The notes beneath the pieces were generated by a model. That model was not told the origin of the DNA. It worked only from the letters and a program-made list of their open reading frames with translations, and did no database searches. A stretch of DNA of 64,000 nucleotides, from the NCBI GenBank assembly GCA_046582655.1, contig JAYGDX010000346.1, forward strand, positions 1-64,000, read 5' to 3'. The position numbers and the translations under genes are program-made. Source of the DNA: Candidatus Poribacteria bacterium. GTDB taxonomy: Bacteria > Poribacteria > WGA-4E > UBA9662. Positions 43,801-52,398 of this stretch are shown here, one piece after another; position 1 is the stretch's first letter; every line of letters starts with the position of its first letter.

Positions 43801-44265
43801 GAGGATCGGCATCGGCGAGGAATTTACACTATGTGGCGACGATCAAACCCCTACCCATCAATGGTGACATTTGACGCTCCTGATCGTCAGGTATGCACAA
43901 TTCGGCGTCCCCGTTCAAATACACCACTGCAGGCGTTGGTAACGCTGAACGATCCGGTTTACGTGGAAGCAGCGCAAAGCCTCGCCCGAAAGTTGCTGAC
44001 GCATGACGGAAGTTTGGAAGATAAGATTAGTACGGGTGTTGCTTGCGTGTTAATTCGTCCGACCAAATCGATCGAGATTCAGCATCTGGTCCAATTGTAT
44101 ATATCAGCACTCAGTCATTATAGATCTAATTTGGAACAGGCACATTTGATTGCTACGAATCCGCTTGGCGATCCTAGTCATGATGCGGATCAAGTGGAAC
44201 TCGCCGCTTGGACGGTGGTCAGCAACGTTCTGTTAAACCTAGACGAAATTTTTATGAAACGGTAG
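40804..44265 (+). CDS. Planctomycete cytochrome c / DUF1549 / DUF1553 (PSD1) protein with an inserted F-type-lectin-like domain
   Basis: VQFNRHIRPILSENCFACH, HWSY..P, NPIDYFV, WLDLARYADS, CAQCHSHKYDP, NPLTARVIVNR, THPELMDWLA, SNTPLQAL. Confidence 0.92.
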   Translation: MKKLRIALCALLTVTNLLYLSGKEVLALTVSVDESESVQFNRHIRPILSENCFACHGPDKAKRKSGLRLDVHSGATRDLGGYAAIVPGDSEASALIYRLTTDQENERMPPVGKEKPLSPQQVELLRRWIDQGAHYAVHWSYVKPDRPSLPAVQNADWVRNPIDYFVLARLEQEGMVPSSEADRWALARRVAIDLTGLPPTVEEAIRFVHDTEKEAYQRYVDLQLEKKTFGERWAQVWLDLARYADSAGYADDPPRTIWAYRDYVIRSLNSNKPFDQFTIEQIAGDLLDNPTEEQLVGTAFHRNTQTNNEGGTNDEEFRNEAVVDRVNTTMAVWMGTTMACAQCHSHKYDPISQEEYFKFSAFFNNTQDSDKKDEHPILEIFTEEQKRERARWIAEIDQLEAVLDTPTKALAKSQRQWEKLLQEQPKWHTMKPMDAMSSRIRLDIKPDDSIVAEGDLPEQDTYTITLEPTIEKITALRLEVSPQSQNFVLSQVQSIWQPDIEKPVEAKYVRIELPGKGKILSLAEVQVFQNDVNVALKGKAVQSSTDYEGVPERAIDGNTDGDYGEAESTTHTRQSKDPWWELDLGEMRPVRSLAIWNRTDGEQGIANRLAGFRLLLLDQNRDTVWQQTPSQVPAPNAVYLSNGQVQLQFTSAFADYAQEGFPSASVLAGVPNPKTGWAVGGQLNQPHQLTLVLLRSVKTGQGKILLRLLQKSQHKHLLIKNFRLLGTGAESVTEFIRMPDAIRKIVGLSDQVRTDAQKKQLAGYYRTIAPELKTQQNRLAVLEHQVKELAPYTTVPIMRELVDEKRRETRIQFRGNFLNTGAHVTEGVPAVFHLLAEGVPVSRLGLAKWLVSRENPLTARVIVNRHWEQLFGFGIISTSEEFGVQGELPTHPELMDWLAVELMDNRWDIKHLIKLIVTSATYRQASKITPEALEHDPDNHLFARGPRFRLSAEMVRDQALFVSGLLSQKMYGPPVKPPQPKLGINAAFGSGIDWEASAGEDRHRRGIYTMWRRSNPYPSMVTFDAPDRQVCTIRRPRSNTPLQALVTLNDPVYVEAAQSLARKLLTHDGSLEDKISTGVACVLIRPTKSIEIQHLVQLYISALSHYRSNLEQAHLIATNPLGDPSHDADQVELAAWTVVSNVLLNLDEIFMKR

Positions 44266-44268
44266 GAC

Positions 44269-45717
44269 ATGATGAACCCAAAACTGCAGCGAATTAAAAA
44301 CACCACCCGACGTCATTTTCTGAAGGATATTGGTATCGGTGCCATTGCCTTGAGTACGTTTTTGAATGATGGTATGCAATCGAAGGCTGCCAGTGTAGTG
44401 AATCCATTGGCGACGAAACCTCCACATTTCACCCCGAAAGCTAAACGAGTAGTGTACCTCCACATGACAGGATCTCCTCCTAATCTTGACATATTTGATT
44501 ATAAGCCTGAGCTGATCAAACGCGATGGTCAGGATTGCCCCGACACTTTTTTAGAAGGCAAACGGTTCGCTTTCACTAGTGGGGTGCCGAAACTACTGGG
44601 TACTCGACGTGAATTTGCGCAATACGGCAAGCACGGTATCTGGCTATCTGATGCCGTGCCCTATTTTCAGCGCATTGCCGACGAGATGTGCGTGATTAAT
44701 TCGATGCATACTGACCAGTTCAACCACGCGCCAGCCGAGTTGCTGGTTTACACTGGATCACCTCGGTCCGGTCGACCTTCAATGGGATCGTGGGTGACAT
44801 ACGGTCTGGGCAGTGAAAATGACAATTTGCCTGGGTTTGTCGTCTTAATCTCCAATGGGGTTCAACCCAATGGCGGTAGGGGTTCCTATGGTAACGGGTT
44901 TCTGTCATCTGTGTATCAAGGTGTTCAATGCCGGTCGAAAGGGGATCCCATTCTGTATACGTCTGACCCTATAGGTATGGATCGACAGATGCGCCGCCAG
45001 AGCCTTGACACTTTGCAGCGTTTAAACGAATTGCAGGCCCATGAAATGGGGCATCCGGAAACGCTGACCCGCATTGCTCAGTATGAACTTGCCTTCCGCA
45101 TGCAAATGTCTGTGCCAGAAGTCATGGACATTAGCCAAGAACCGGAACAAGTCCTTGAATCGTACGGGGCTCAGCCTGGAGAGACTAGCTTGGCCAACAA
45201 CTGTCTGTTAGCTCGCCGATTGATCGAATCCGGTGTGCGGTTCGTCCAGTTGTTCGATTGGGGTTGGGATTTTCATGGAACCAGTGCTAATGAAGACATC
45301 AGAGATGGACTGACCAGAAAGTGTGCTACCATGGACAAGCCGGTGGCTGCATTGATTAATGATTTAAAAGATCGTGGCCTATTGGACGAAACGTTGATCG
45401 TGTGGGGAGGAGAGTTTGGCCGGACACCTTTCCGTGAGGGAAGAACGGCTAAAAGCCAGATTTTGGGGAGGGATCATTTCCCTGACTGCTACACCATGTG
45501 GATGGCTGGTGGTGGTGTAAAAAGAGGGTTCGCCTACGGAACCACCGATGAACTTGGATTTTCGATTGTAGAGAACCCTGTTCATGTTCATGATCTTCAG
45601 GCCACCATTTTGCACCTGTTGGGATTGAATCACCAGCAACTAACCTACCGTTTTCAGGGGCGTGATTACCGCCTGACGGACGTACACGGTCAAGTTGTGC
45701 ACGATATTATTGGGTAA
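44269..45717 (+). CDS. DUF1501 family protein (Tat signal)
   Basis: TRRHFLK, PHF.PKAKRVVYLHM.GSP, RPSMGSW..YGLG, LARRLIE.GVRFVQ, GEFGRTP, VHDLQATILH. Confidence 0.93.
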   Translation: MMNPKLQRIKNTTRRHFLKDIGIGAIALSTFLNDGMQSKAASVVNPLATKPPHFTPKAKRVVYLHMTGSPPNLDIFDYKPELIKRDGQDCPDTFLEGKRFAFTSGVPKLLGTRREFAQYGKHGIWLSDAVPYFQRIADEMCVINSMHTDQFNHAPAELLVYTGSPRSGRPSMGSWVTYGLGSENDNLPGFVVLISNGVQPNGGRGSYGNGFLSSVYQGVQCRSKGDPILYTSDPIGMDRQMRRQSLDTLQRLNELQAHEMGHPETLTRIAQYELAFRMQMSVPEVMDISQEPEQVLESYGAQPGETSLANNCLLARRLIESGVRFVQLFDWGWDFHGTSANEDIRDGLTRKCATMDKPVAALINDLKDRGLLDETLIVWGGEFGRTPFREGRTAKSQILGRDHFPDCYTMWMAGGGVKRGFAYGTTDELGFSIVENPVHVHDLQATILHLLGLNHQQLTYRFQGRDYRLTDVHGQVVHDIIG

Positions 45718-45756
45718 ATAGCAACTTTACCTAATGTTAAGCTGGAATAAAGTAGA

Positions 45757-46862
45757 ATGATCCTGGACAAAAAAACAGCTTGTCTCAGGCCTAACACTAA
45801 CGTTCTATGACTTTACCCACTTTCTTAACCATTCGTTGGGTTTGATCTCAATGGAAAAGGGCCGCCGAATCTTTAACCTATTTTGGCGGAATTCAATGAT
45901 GTACTGGGTACTGGGTTGCGCCTTTTGCTTCCTTAATCCATATCTGTCTTTCTGTTGGTCTGCTCCTATGGCGAAAAACACTTAAACGTTTAAACAAACA
46001 AGTATCACGTTTATGGTATAGATACAAGCTATCAAGCCTACGCTTATATGATTGAGGAACAGCCAGTTTCCTTGTGGTTAATGACTGTTTTCGTGGCAAT
46101 TGTTTGGGATTATATCAATGGGTTTGCTTAAGCTCAAACTATGAAAGATGGAGACCTTATCTTTTTGCCGTTGCCTTGCTAACCCCCACTTCTAACATTC
46201 TTGGCGTCAATTCGGCGGTACATGAAGCCTTTTTAAACTAGTAGGATCCTAATTGGTTCGCCCAAATTATTGAAAGAATGCCTCTAACGTGGGAGGAGTT
46301 GGAATCCAAGGTCGAGGAAGTTGGTAATCTGGCATTGATGGCGTTTCTATCTATTGTGATCCTTGGTTTGATTATATTGAGGATCAGAGAAAAACGTGCC
46401 AACATCGAATTTCGTTAGGAATGACGCTTATGGAAGCCAGCAGATTCGCTGGGATTTCACACGCTTTGATATGCAGCGGGAATGGGCGTTGCCCCACCTG
46501 TCGTACCAAGATCTTGTTGGGAAATGAACAACAAACACTGCCGATGAGACGAAGATCTTATAAAGAGTGAAGGCCACCCAATGTTCGATTAGCCTGCCAA
46601 CTACGTCCAAGTAGTGATCTGTATGTCCATCCAATTTTACCGATTGCGTAACCAGTTGATGGGCGTACGCGGACACGCTACGAAAGCGGTCGAGGAGATT
46701 GAGGTTACGGTATTGTTTGCGGATTTACGTGGTTTCACGTCCATGTCAGACCTGAAACTGCCCTATGATGTTGTTTTTTATTCTAAGTCAATATTTGAAT
46801 TGTTGGTAAAAGTGGGTTATAAGTCGACCTCATCGGTCACAGTAGATTGGCAGCACGGTTAA
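45757..46862 (+). pseudogene. Membrane-bound 2Fe-2S ferredoxin / class III adenylate cyclase, decayed
   Basis: Fragments LVSGL...THFLNHSLGLIS; EASRFAGISHALICSGNGRCPTCR; LACQLRP; VTVLFADLRGFTSMSD.KLPYDVVF. Many stops and frameshifts; catalytic domain truncated. Confidence 0.8.
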
Positions 46863-47071
46863 TACGAGGGGTATGACCTTTGGGAACAAACCTTTAGATG
46901 CTAATTAGGTAGAAAATGGAAACTAAAGAGATGGTCATGTTCACATGACCTTCAGGTTACCATTCAGTGCCTGCTGGGAGTAGTAGAAATTGTTTCCGTA
47001 AGAACTTTATCCGGGAAGATGAGACTTAATGTATACGGCTAACAATCGATAGACTGCGAACGGGTAAAGAA

Positions 47072-47800
47072 ATGGAATTAATGGGAAAGCAGATCGAAAC
47101 TTTCCAGACAGATGGATTTTTAGTCATTCGCAATCTGTTGCTGATGGATCAGGTGGATGAGATTAATGTGGGTTACCAAAAAGCCATTAGTGGCCAAATT
47201 GATGCGCACGATTGGAAAAAACGGATTAACAGTGTGTCAAGCGCTCAACTAGGAGATCCCTCAGCGGTATTGGGCTGGCGGCAATTCCCTTATTTTCAGC
47301 AAATTTTATCAATCGCGAAGCAGTTAAATGGTGAGGATATTGAAGTTGCGTATGACCAATTGATCTATAAACCTCCGCATAGTCTAATTGAAGTCTTGTG
47401 GCACCAAGACGCGGGTTATGGTCCTTGGCCTGAGGAAGCAGTCAAGCGCGGTCTGACTTGCTGGTTGGCATTGGTTGATGCAACCCCGAAACAGGGAAGC
47501 ATGCAGTTTATTCCAGGAAGTCATCGACAAGGAATCTATCGTCATTATAACGCGCAAGATCGGAATCCGATTGGCGGTGCTTTAGAAGTAAGATTGGATG
47601 ACCAAGAAGCGGTGGCGGTATCCTATCAAGCTGGAGATTGTAGTTTTCACCACGCTTGCACACTACACTATATTGGCCGACTTCGGATATTCAGCAACGC
47701 TGACGGCTCATCAGCGTATCGGTTACCCCGAAAAAACCCGCTTTTAATTTACTGTTTTTTTAGAGGTCAAAATCCGTTCGATCAGGGCGAGGACGATTAA
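47072..47800 (+). CDS. PhyH-family dioxygenase, 3' end probably frameshifted
   Basis: FQTDGFL, KPP...LWHQDAGY, CWLALVDA...GSMQFIPGSH, FHHACTLHY. The expected tail (PTSD...R) lies in another frame and the ORF runs into the convergent gene. Confidence 0.75.
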   Translation: MELMGKQIETFQTDGFLVIRNLLLMDQVDEINVGYQKAISGQIDAHDWKKRINSVSSAQLGDPSAVLGWRQFPYFQQILSIAKQLNGEDIEVAYDQLIYKPPHSLIEVLWHQDAGYGPWPEEAVKRGLTCWLALVDATPKQGSMQFIPGSHRQGIYRHYNAQDRNPIGGALEVRLDDQEAVAVSYQAGDCSFHHACTLHYIGRLRIFSNADGSSAYRLPRKNPLLIYCFFRGQNPFDQGEDD

Positions 47801-49087
47801 GCCCGCTATGATAGCAACAAACAGTTCTACGTTAAAAAGGGCGATGCCTATAATTGCTCCGAGTATCCCACCTAATACCTCAATTGTTCCAAGGTGTTCT
47901 CCCGTAGCCTCTAGAATCATCTTTTCCAGTTGATTGGTATCCAACGTCCTAACTTTTTCTTTCACCATGGCAGAAATATCCAGTGCATCTAAGATTTTTG
48001 GTGTTGCTGTGCTAAGAGCAACCTTAAATTCTTCGCTAATTGCTAAGCTCTTTAATTCCTGTTCGGCAAAGTTAAGTAGCGAGTTACATATCCTTTCAAG
48101 TTTATCCCAGCTTGAATCCTCTTCAAGAACCGATTCGATCTTCTCTATTAGCCATGGGATGCCTTTTTCCTCGAAAATTTTATTTAGATCAATCAACGCT
48201 TTTTCAAAGTGCTGACTGACCTTGCTTGCCCCTTCTTCTGAATTGATATATTCAGTAATTTTGTTGATTCCGGTTTCCAGTTGCTGATAAACTTCATTCT
48301 GGAATTCCGCTGATAAAACGATTGTATGGAGCTGCATCTCCACTGCGGCTCTATCAAAATCATTTAGCCAGGTAGCAACTCTGATGGTCGCTTTTTGCAA
48401 GATTCTCTGCTGGTCGATATATGCCTGCATTTGTTGGTAAATCTGATTCGAGATGTGAGGAATGTTGTTTTCAATATGGCTCGAAATTGTTCTTGAAATC
48501 TGAACCAAGTTGATATTGTTGTTTTCAATGTTATTTTCGATGATCTTGCTTAGAAAGGGTAAGACTGTTTTAAAATTAATATTCCGCTGGAGGAAGTGCG
48601 AAAAGTTTGTTTCAGAAAATCGTATCAATACGTCGTATATTTTTGCCGAATTTGACCTGAATGCCCTTAGTAACCAGGATTTAATAGCTTGTTGCACACG
48701 GTCTTCCTGTATTTTTTCGGAAAGGTATCTCTTGGCCTGTATTATGAGGCTTTCAACCACTTGGTTTTCTGATATATAATTTGTTAGATCATTCGCCTCA
48801 AAAAAGTTGCTGGCGATCCCTTCCCCTAAACTTTCCGCCAGTATTTCTTTATTCTTTGGAATTACCCCCTGCCTTTTAAAGAACGTTTCTTCTTTTGGCC
48901 TAAAGAGCATTTTTATAGCGATAAAGTTTGTAAAGTATCCCACACAAGCGGAGAGAGAAATCGTATACATAATTTCCAGAGGTCTTTTGTCCGGTAAAAC
49001 AATCGTCTTTAGCACATACAGCAAGACTAAAGCTAATGGAGCGACGAATCTAAAGAAGATCTTGAATGCTTTAGTAAGAGTTTTCAT
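47744..49087 (-). CDS. DUF445-family membrane-anchored protein
   Basis: VGYFTNFIAIKMLFRP...QGVIPK...LA; C-terminal LE.MI......L..IEVLGGILGAIIG. Confidence 0.88.
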   Translation of the reverse strand: MKTLTKAFKIFFRFVAPLALVLLYVLKTIVLPDKRPLEIMYTISLSACVGYFTNFIAIKMLFRPKEETFFKRQGVIPKNKEILAESLGEGIASNFFEANDLTNYISENQVVESLIIQAKRYLSEKIQEDRVQQAIKSWLLRAFRSNSAKIYDVLIRFSETNFSHFLQRNINFKTVLPFLSKIIENNIENNNINLVQISRTISSHIENNIPHISNQIYQQMQAYIDQQRILQKATIRVATWLNDFDRAAVEMQLHTIVLSAEFQNEVYQQLETGINKITEYINSEEGASKVSQHFEKALIDLNKIFEEKGIPWLIEKIESVLEEDSSWDKLERICNSLLNFAEQELKSLAISEEFKVALSTATPKILDALDISAMVKEKVRTLDTNQLEKMILEATGEHLGTIEVLGGILGAIIGIALFNVELFVAIIAGLIVLALIERILTSKKTVN

Positions 49088-49232
49088 TTCGGACGGTTCA
49101 GACCTTGTTGAGAAAGGCTAGAAAAAAATTTCGGAGTGGTTTCTGGAAAGAAATTAAGAACTTACCAAAAACCCAGTCACCCTAATAGTTAGTATAGCAT
49201 CCAGGGAGTGGTTTCTGTTACCCACAAAGTGG

Positions 49233-49620
49233 ATGATGGTGTTGCCTCTACTCATTATATTAACTCCCACAGAAGATGCTATTCGATTCATCAGATTGGA
49301 ACGTTACCCTCAATTCTTCAATGATATGGAGTCCGACTTCATTATTGAGCCTGACATACCTCCTCTATCTCTATCCGAGGATAATTCTAAGCCACAACTG
49401 GTTGTGCATGATGCCGGTGACTTTGATCGACTTGATGAGCGTTTTCAGATTTCCGCTAGATGTATGGGTGGAACTGCCAGCGTATCATGATTACGGCTTT
49501 GCTGTGTTCAGGCTCAAGGATGGTGAAGTCCCCCTTAAAGTTCATCCCGTGGAGTTTGAGTTTCCACAGCGTCATCTAGGCCAGTTGTGTTTCCCGACTG
49601 TGTACATTCGCGAGCTGAGT
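49233..49620 (+). pseudogene. Remnant of a conserved hypothetical protein (DUF2330-like)
   Basis: MVLPL...IRFI.LE.YPQFF...LVVHDAG...DFDRLDERF, a frameshift, then Y.DYGFAVFRLK...VHP.EFEFP...L.FPTV. Confidence 0.5.
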
Positions 49621-49812
49621 TTGACCGTATGCTGTTGCCGGTCCAGAAATGGGTGACCTTGATGACTGGCGACCGTCCTTGAAGTGGTTATGGTAGAGCG
49701 GCAGTATTCATCATGGAAATTAAGGATAATCGATGGGATCTTCCGTGTTGGCGTCAAGACCTCCGGGGAATACGGGAGAATTAAGGATACATCAATCAGT
49801 GCCTGTATTCCT

Positions 49813-50043
49813 TCAGTGGTAAGTGGATCTGGATTTGGGCGATCCACTTTTTGCTGTCTTCAGCTGATTAATAAGATGTTCCATTTGTTTTGGAGTGAGG
49901 AGGCTCTTGGCTTTAAACATAGCCTTAATCTCCAGAATTCTTATCTCACTTTGAAGTCTGGCCATGTCCTTAATCAATTCCCCGATAGGTTTTAGGTCTG
50001 AGGCTTTCTGGCTGAGAAATTTCTGTCGTAAATCAGTTTTGCC
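49813..50043 (-). pseudogene. N-terminally truncated Spy/CpxP-like (LTxxQ) remnant
   Basis: Open frame directly after the VOC stop codon: GKTDLRQKFL...IGELIKDMARLQSEIR...AKSLLTPKQ. No start codon or signal peptide. Confidence 0.5.
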
Positions 50044-50439
50044 TTATAATTCCCAAGTTTCTGGTGTTACCAATTCAAGACTGTTGCCTGATGGATCACG
50101 AAAGTAGATGGATTTTCCTCCGTTGGCCCAAGTAATCTCTCGTTCAATTGGAACATTACATTCCTGTAGATGCGTTCGCCATCTTTCCAGATCTGTTTCG
50201 GTCATGGAAAATGCCACATGACCTTGGCCTGACATGCCGTGTGATGGTACCTCAGAGCTGTCCTTTTGTGTCTCCGAAGCTTTAAAGAGAAGCAGAACTT
50301 GATTACCGCAACGGAAAAATAGGTGTCGTTGATCCAGACGCGAGAATGATTTTAACCCCAATACCCTTTGGTAAAAATCATCTGCCTGATCCAGATCTGT
50401 CACATAGAGGCAAGTTTCAAGAATACGGCTGACTTCCAT
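50044..50439 (-). CDS. VOC/glyoxalase family protein
   Basis: ILETCLYV.DL..A..FY..VLGL, GHVAF, SIYFRDPSGNSLEL. Confidence 0.92.
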   Translation of the reverse strand: MEVSRILETCLYVTDLDQADDFYQRVLGLKSFSRLDQRHLFFRCGNQVLLLFKASETQKDSSEVPSHGMSGQGHVAFSMTETDLERWRTHLQECNVPIEREITWANGGKSIYFRDPSGNSLELVTPETWEL

Positions 50440-50484
50440 TTATATCTACTTGGAATTGGTCGAAAGTTTTTCGGCAGTGATCGT

Positions 50485-51891
50485 TTACCACTTTACGCCG
50501 GGAACGGCAGCTGGTGTATCTGTTTCGCTGATTTGACTCAACTGACCTTCCGTTAGAGGGGTGGTCTCCATGACCTCATCCAGATGTGCTTGTAACTCTG
50601 TTGCTACGTTGGGATGATCGTCAATCACATTTGTCAGTTCATCTGGGTCTATCTTGCGGTTGTAGAGTTCTGGCGGACGTCGGTTATCAGCCTCTGCCCA
50701 TGGAGCTTGATAGTTCCAATCTGCCGTTCGGACACTGGCATACCAACCAAACCCGGAAACGATGATGTCGCGTAAGTCGATCGGTTGATGTTTGGTGACC
50801 AGAGGCCAGAAGTTCTGGCCGTTACATCGTTCGGGAACGGTTTGCTCGACTAGGCCAAGTAAAGTTGGCATGATATCTTGATGTTGGACAAATCCGTCAA
50901 CGACTGTCCCGGCATGTTGTGTCTCCGGCATCCGTATAACCAATGGACATCGTGTTACTTGTATTCTTAGTCGGTCTTGTCCTTTGTGGATTTGTCCTTG
51001 TTCTCCCATAATACAGCCGTGATCGGACATGAACACCACTATAGTGCTGTCCAAAAGATGTTGCGATTGCAGTGTGTCAACTACGTGCCCAACCCACCTG
51101 TCAACGTGCGAGCACTCACCAGCATAGTGGGCTTTAATCCGCTTAAACTCATCCTTGGTGTAATTGTCTACTAATCCGCCGGGCCAGATCGGTTCTATTC
51201 CCTGATAATCGGTTGGCGAGTACAATTCTAAAAACTCCTTCGGAGCGTCCCATGGTTCGTGCGGATCAAAACTCTCTACCCAGAGCATCCACGGTTTGTT
51301 GCTACCATATTTCATAATCCAGTTTGCTGCGGACTGCATCACTTGTCCCGCAAAGTGATCCGATTCGTCCTTCCACCAGGATCGGTTATTCAGGTACTGT
51401 GACATCAAGCGGTGTCTTCCCGGATTGACGTCAACTTTTGATCCAATATATTGGGAAACGTTCTGATCTGGCTTTGAAGTTGGGATGAACGGATCTGCTT
51501 CCTGACCACGAATCCATTCCCATGAATGGAACCCGCGATGGAAGTTTTTTCCCGGTTTCATCATGTGGTACAGGTCGCTGACCAGACCGGTAGTGTAGCC
51601 CAGACCCGATAGGTGTTCAGCCAAAGTTACGTCCTCATCGTACATTGGGTGCCAACCAGGAAGTTGGACCATATCCCCTTTTTGCTGGCGATAGCTAAAT
51701 GGAAAGGCTTGTCGTCCGGTATAAAGTACCCGTCGGGCGGGAATTGTCGGCAAGGCTTCGCCGTAAAAATCGTCAAAGCGAATACCTTCCGCAGCTAACT
51801 TATCGATGTGTGGGGTTTGAATCCAACTGTTACCATAACAACCGAGGTAGTCTGCCCGAAAAGTGTCTGCGCATATAACTAGAATATTCAT
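50485..51891 (-). CDS. Sulfatase-like hydrolase (alkaline phosphatase superfamily), Thr at the nucleophile position
   Basis: NILVICADTFR, TPHIDKLA.EG..F, TIPARR.LYTG, FDPHEPWD, SDHG, ELYN...DPDEL.N. Confidence 0.88.
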   Translation of the reverse strand: MNILVICADTFRADYLGCYGNSWIQTPHIDKLAAEGIRFDDFYGEALPTIPARRVLYTGRQAFPFSYRQQKGDMVQLPGWHPMYDEDVTLAEHLSGLGYTTGLVSDLYHMMKPGKNFHRGFHSWEWIRGQEADPFIPTSKPDQNVSQYIGSKVDVNPGRHRLMSQYLNNRSWWKDESDHFAGQVMQSAANWIMKYGSNKPWMLWVESFDPHEPWDAPKEFLELYSPTDYQGIEPIWPGGLVDNYTKDEFKRIKAHYAGECSHVDRWVGHVVDTLQSQHLLDSTIVVFMSDHGCIMGEQGQIHKGQDRLRIQVTRCPLVIRMPETQHAGTVVDGFVQHQDIMPTLLGLVEQTVPERCNGQNFWPLVTKHQPIDLRDIIVSGFGWYASVRTADWNYQAPWAEADNRRPPELYNRKIDPDELTNVIDDHPNVATELQAHLDEVMETTPLTEGQLSQISETDTPAAVPGVKW

Positions 51892-52309
51892 TATTGTTTA
51901 ACCTTAAAATATTATTTGAATTAGTGTGAAATTCTGAAACGACACCAGTAGAGCTTTATATGGATTCCCTGTTTCCACAGACATTTTTACCGACCGAAAA
52001 TTGGCAACTGCTTTCATTCTTATTTAAACGTGGAATTAGCGAACCGTTTTTTTATGCCCTGTAAATTTCAAAGCGTTGTGTAGATTCGAAAGTAGTATTA
52101 TTAACAAATTGGGGTACAATACCATAGACTTCCACTAATTTCGGTTGCCTCCAACCTAGACTAACTACCTGAAAACGTTCAACACTGATCATTTCTACAG
52201 CCCCGATATCCGTTCGAATACCCTCATTATTCTTACTCTAAGTTTAACCATAATCAATTGTACTGGAGTTTAAAATAAAATGAAATATCTTAGCGTAACA
52301 ATTGATTGT

Positions 52310-52338
52310 TTGAAATTATTTTCACCAAGCTGTATACT
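52310..52338 (+). promoter_or_regulatory. Putative sigma70 promoter (with extended -10)
   Basis: TTGAAA (52310-52315), 17-nt spacer ending TG, TATACT (52333-52338). Confidence 0.65.
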
Positions 52339-52398
52339 CCTTAGAGAATCGATAGAGACTTGAAATTACTCTAGATCGTTCAAGTCAAGGAGAATAAA

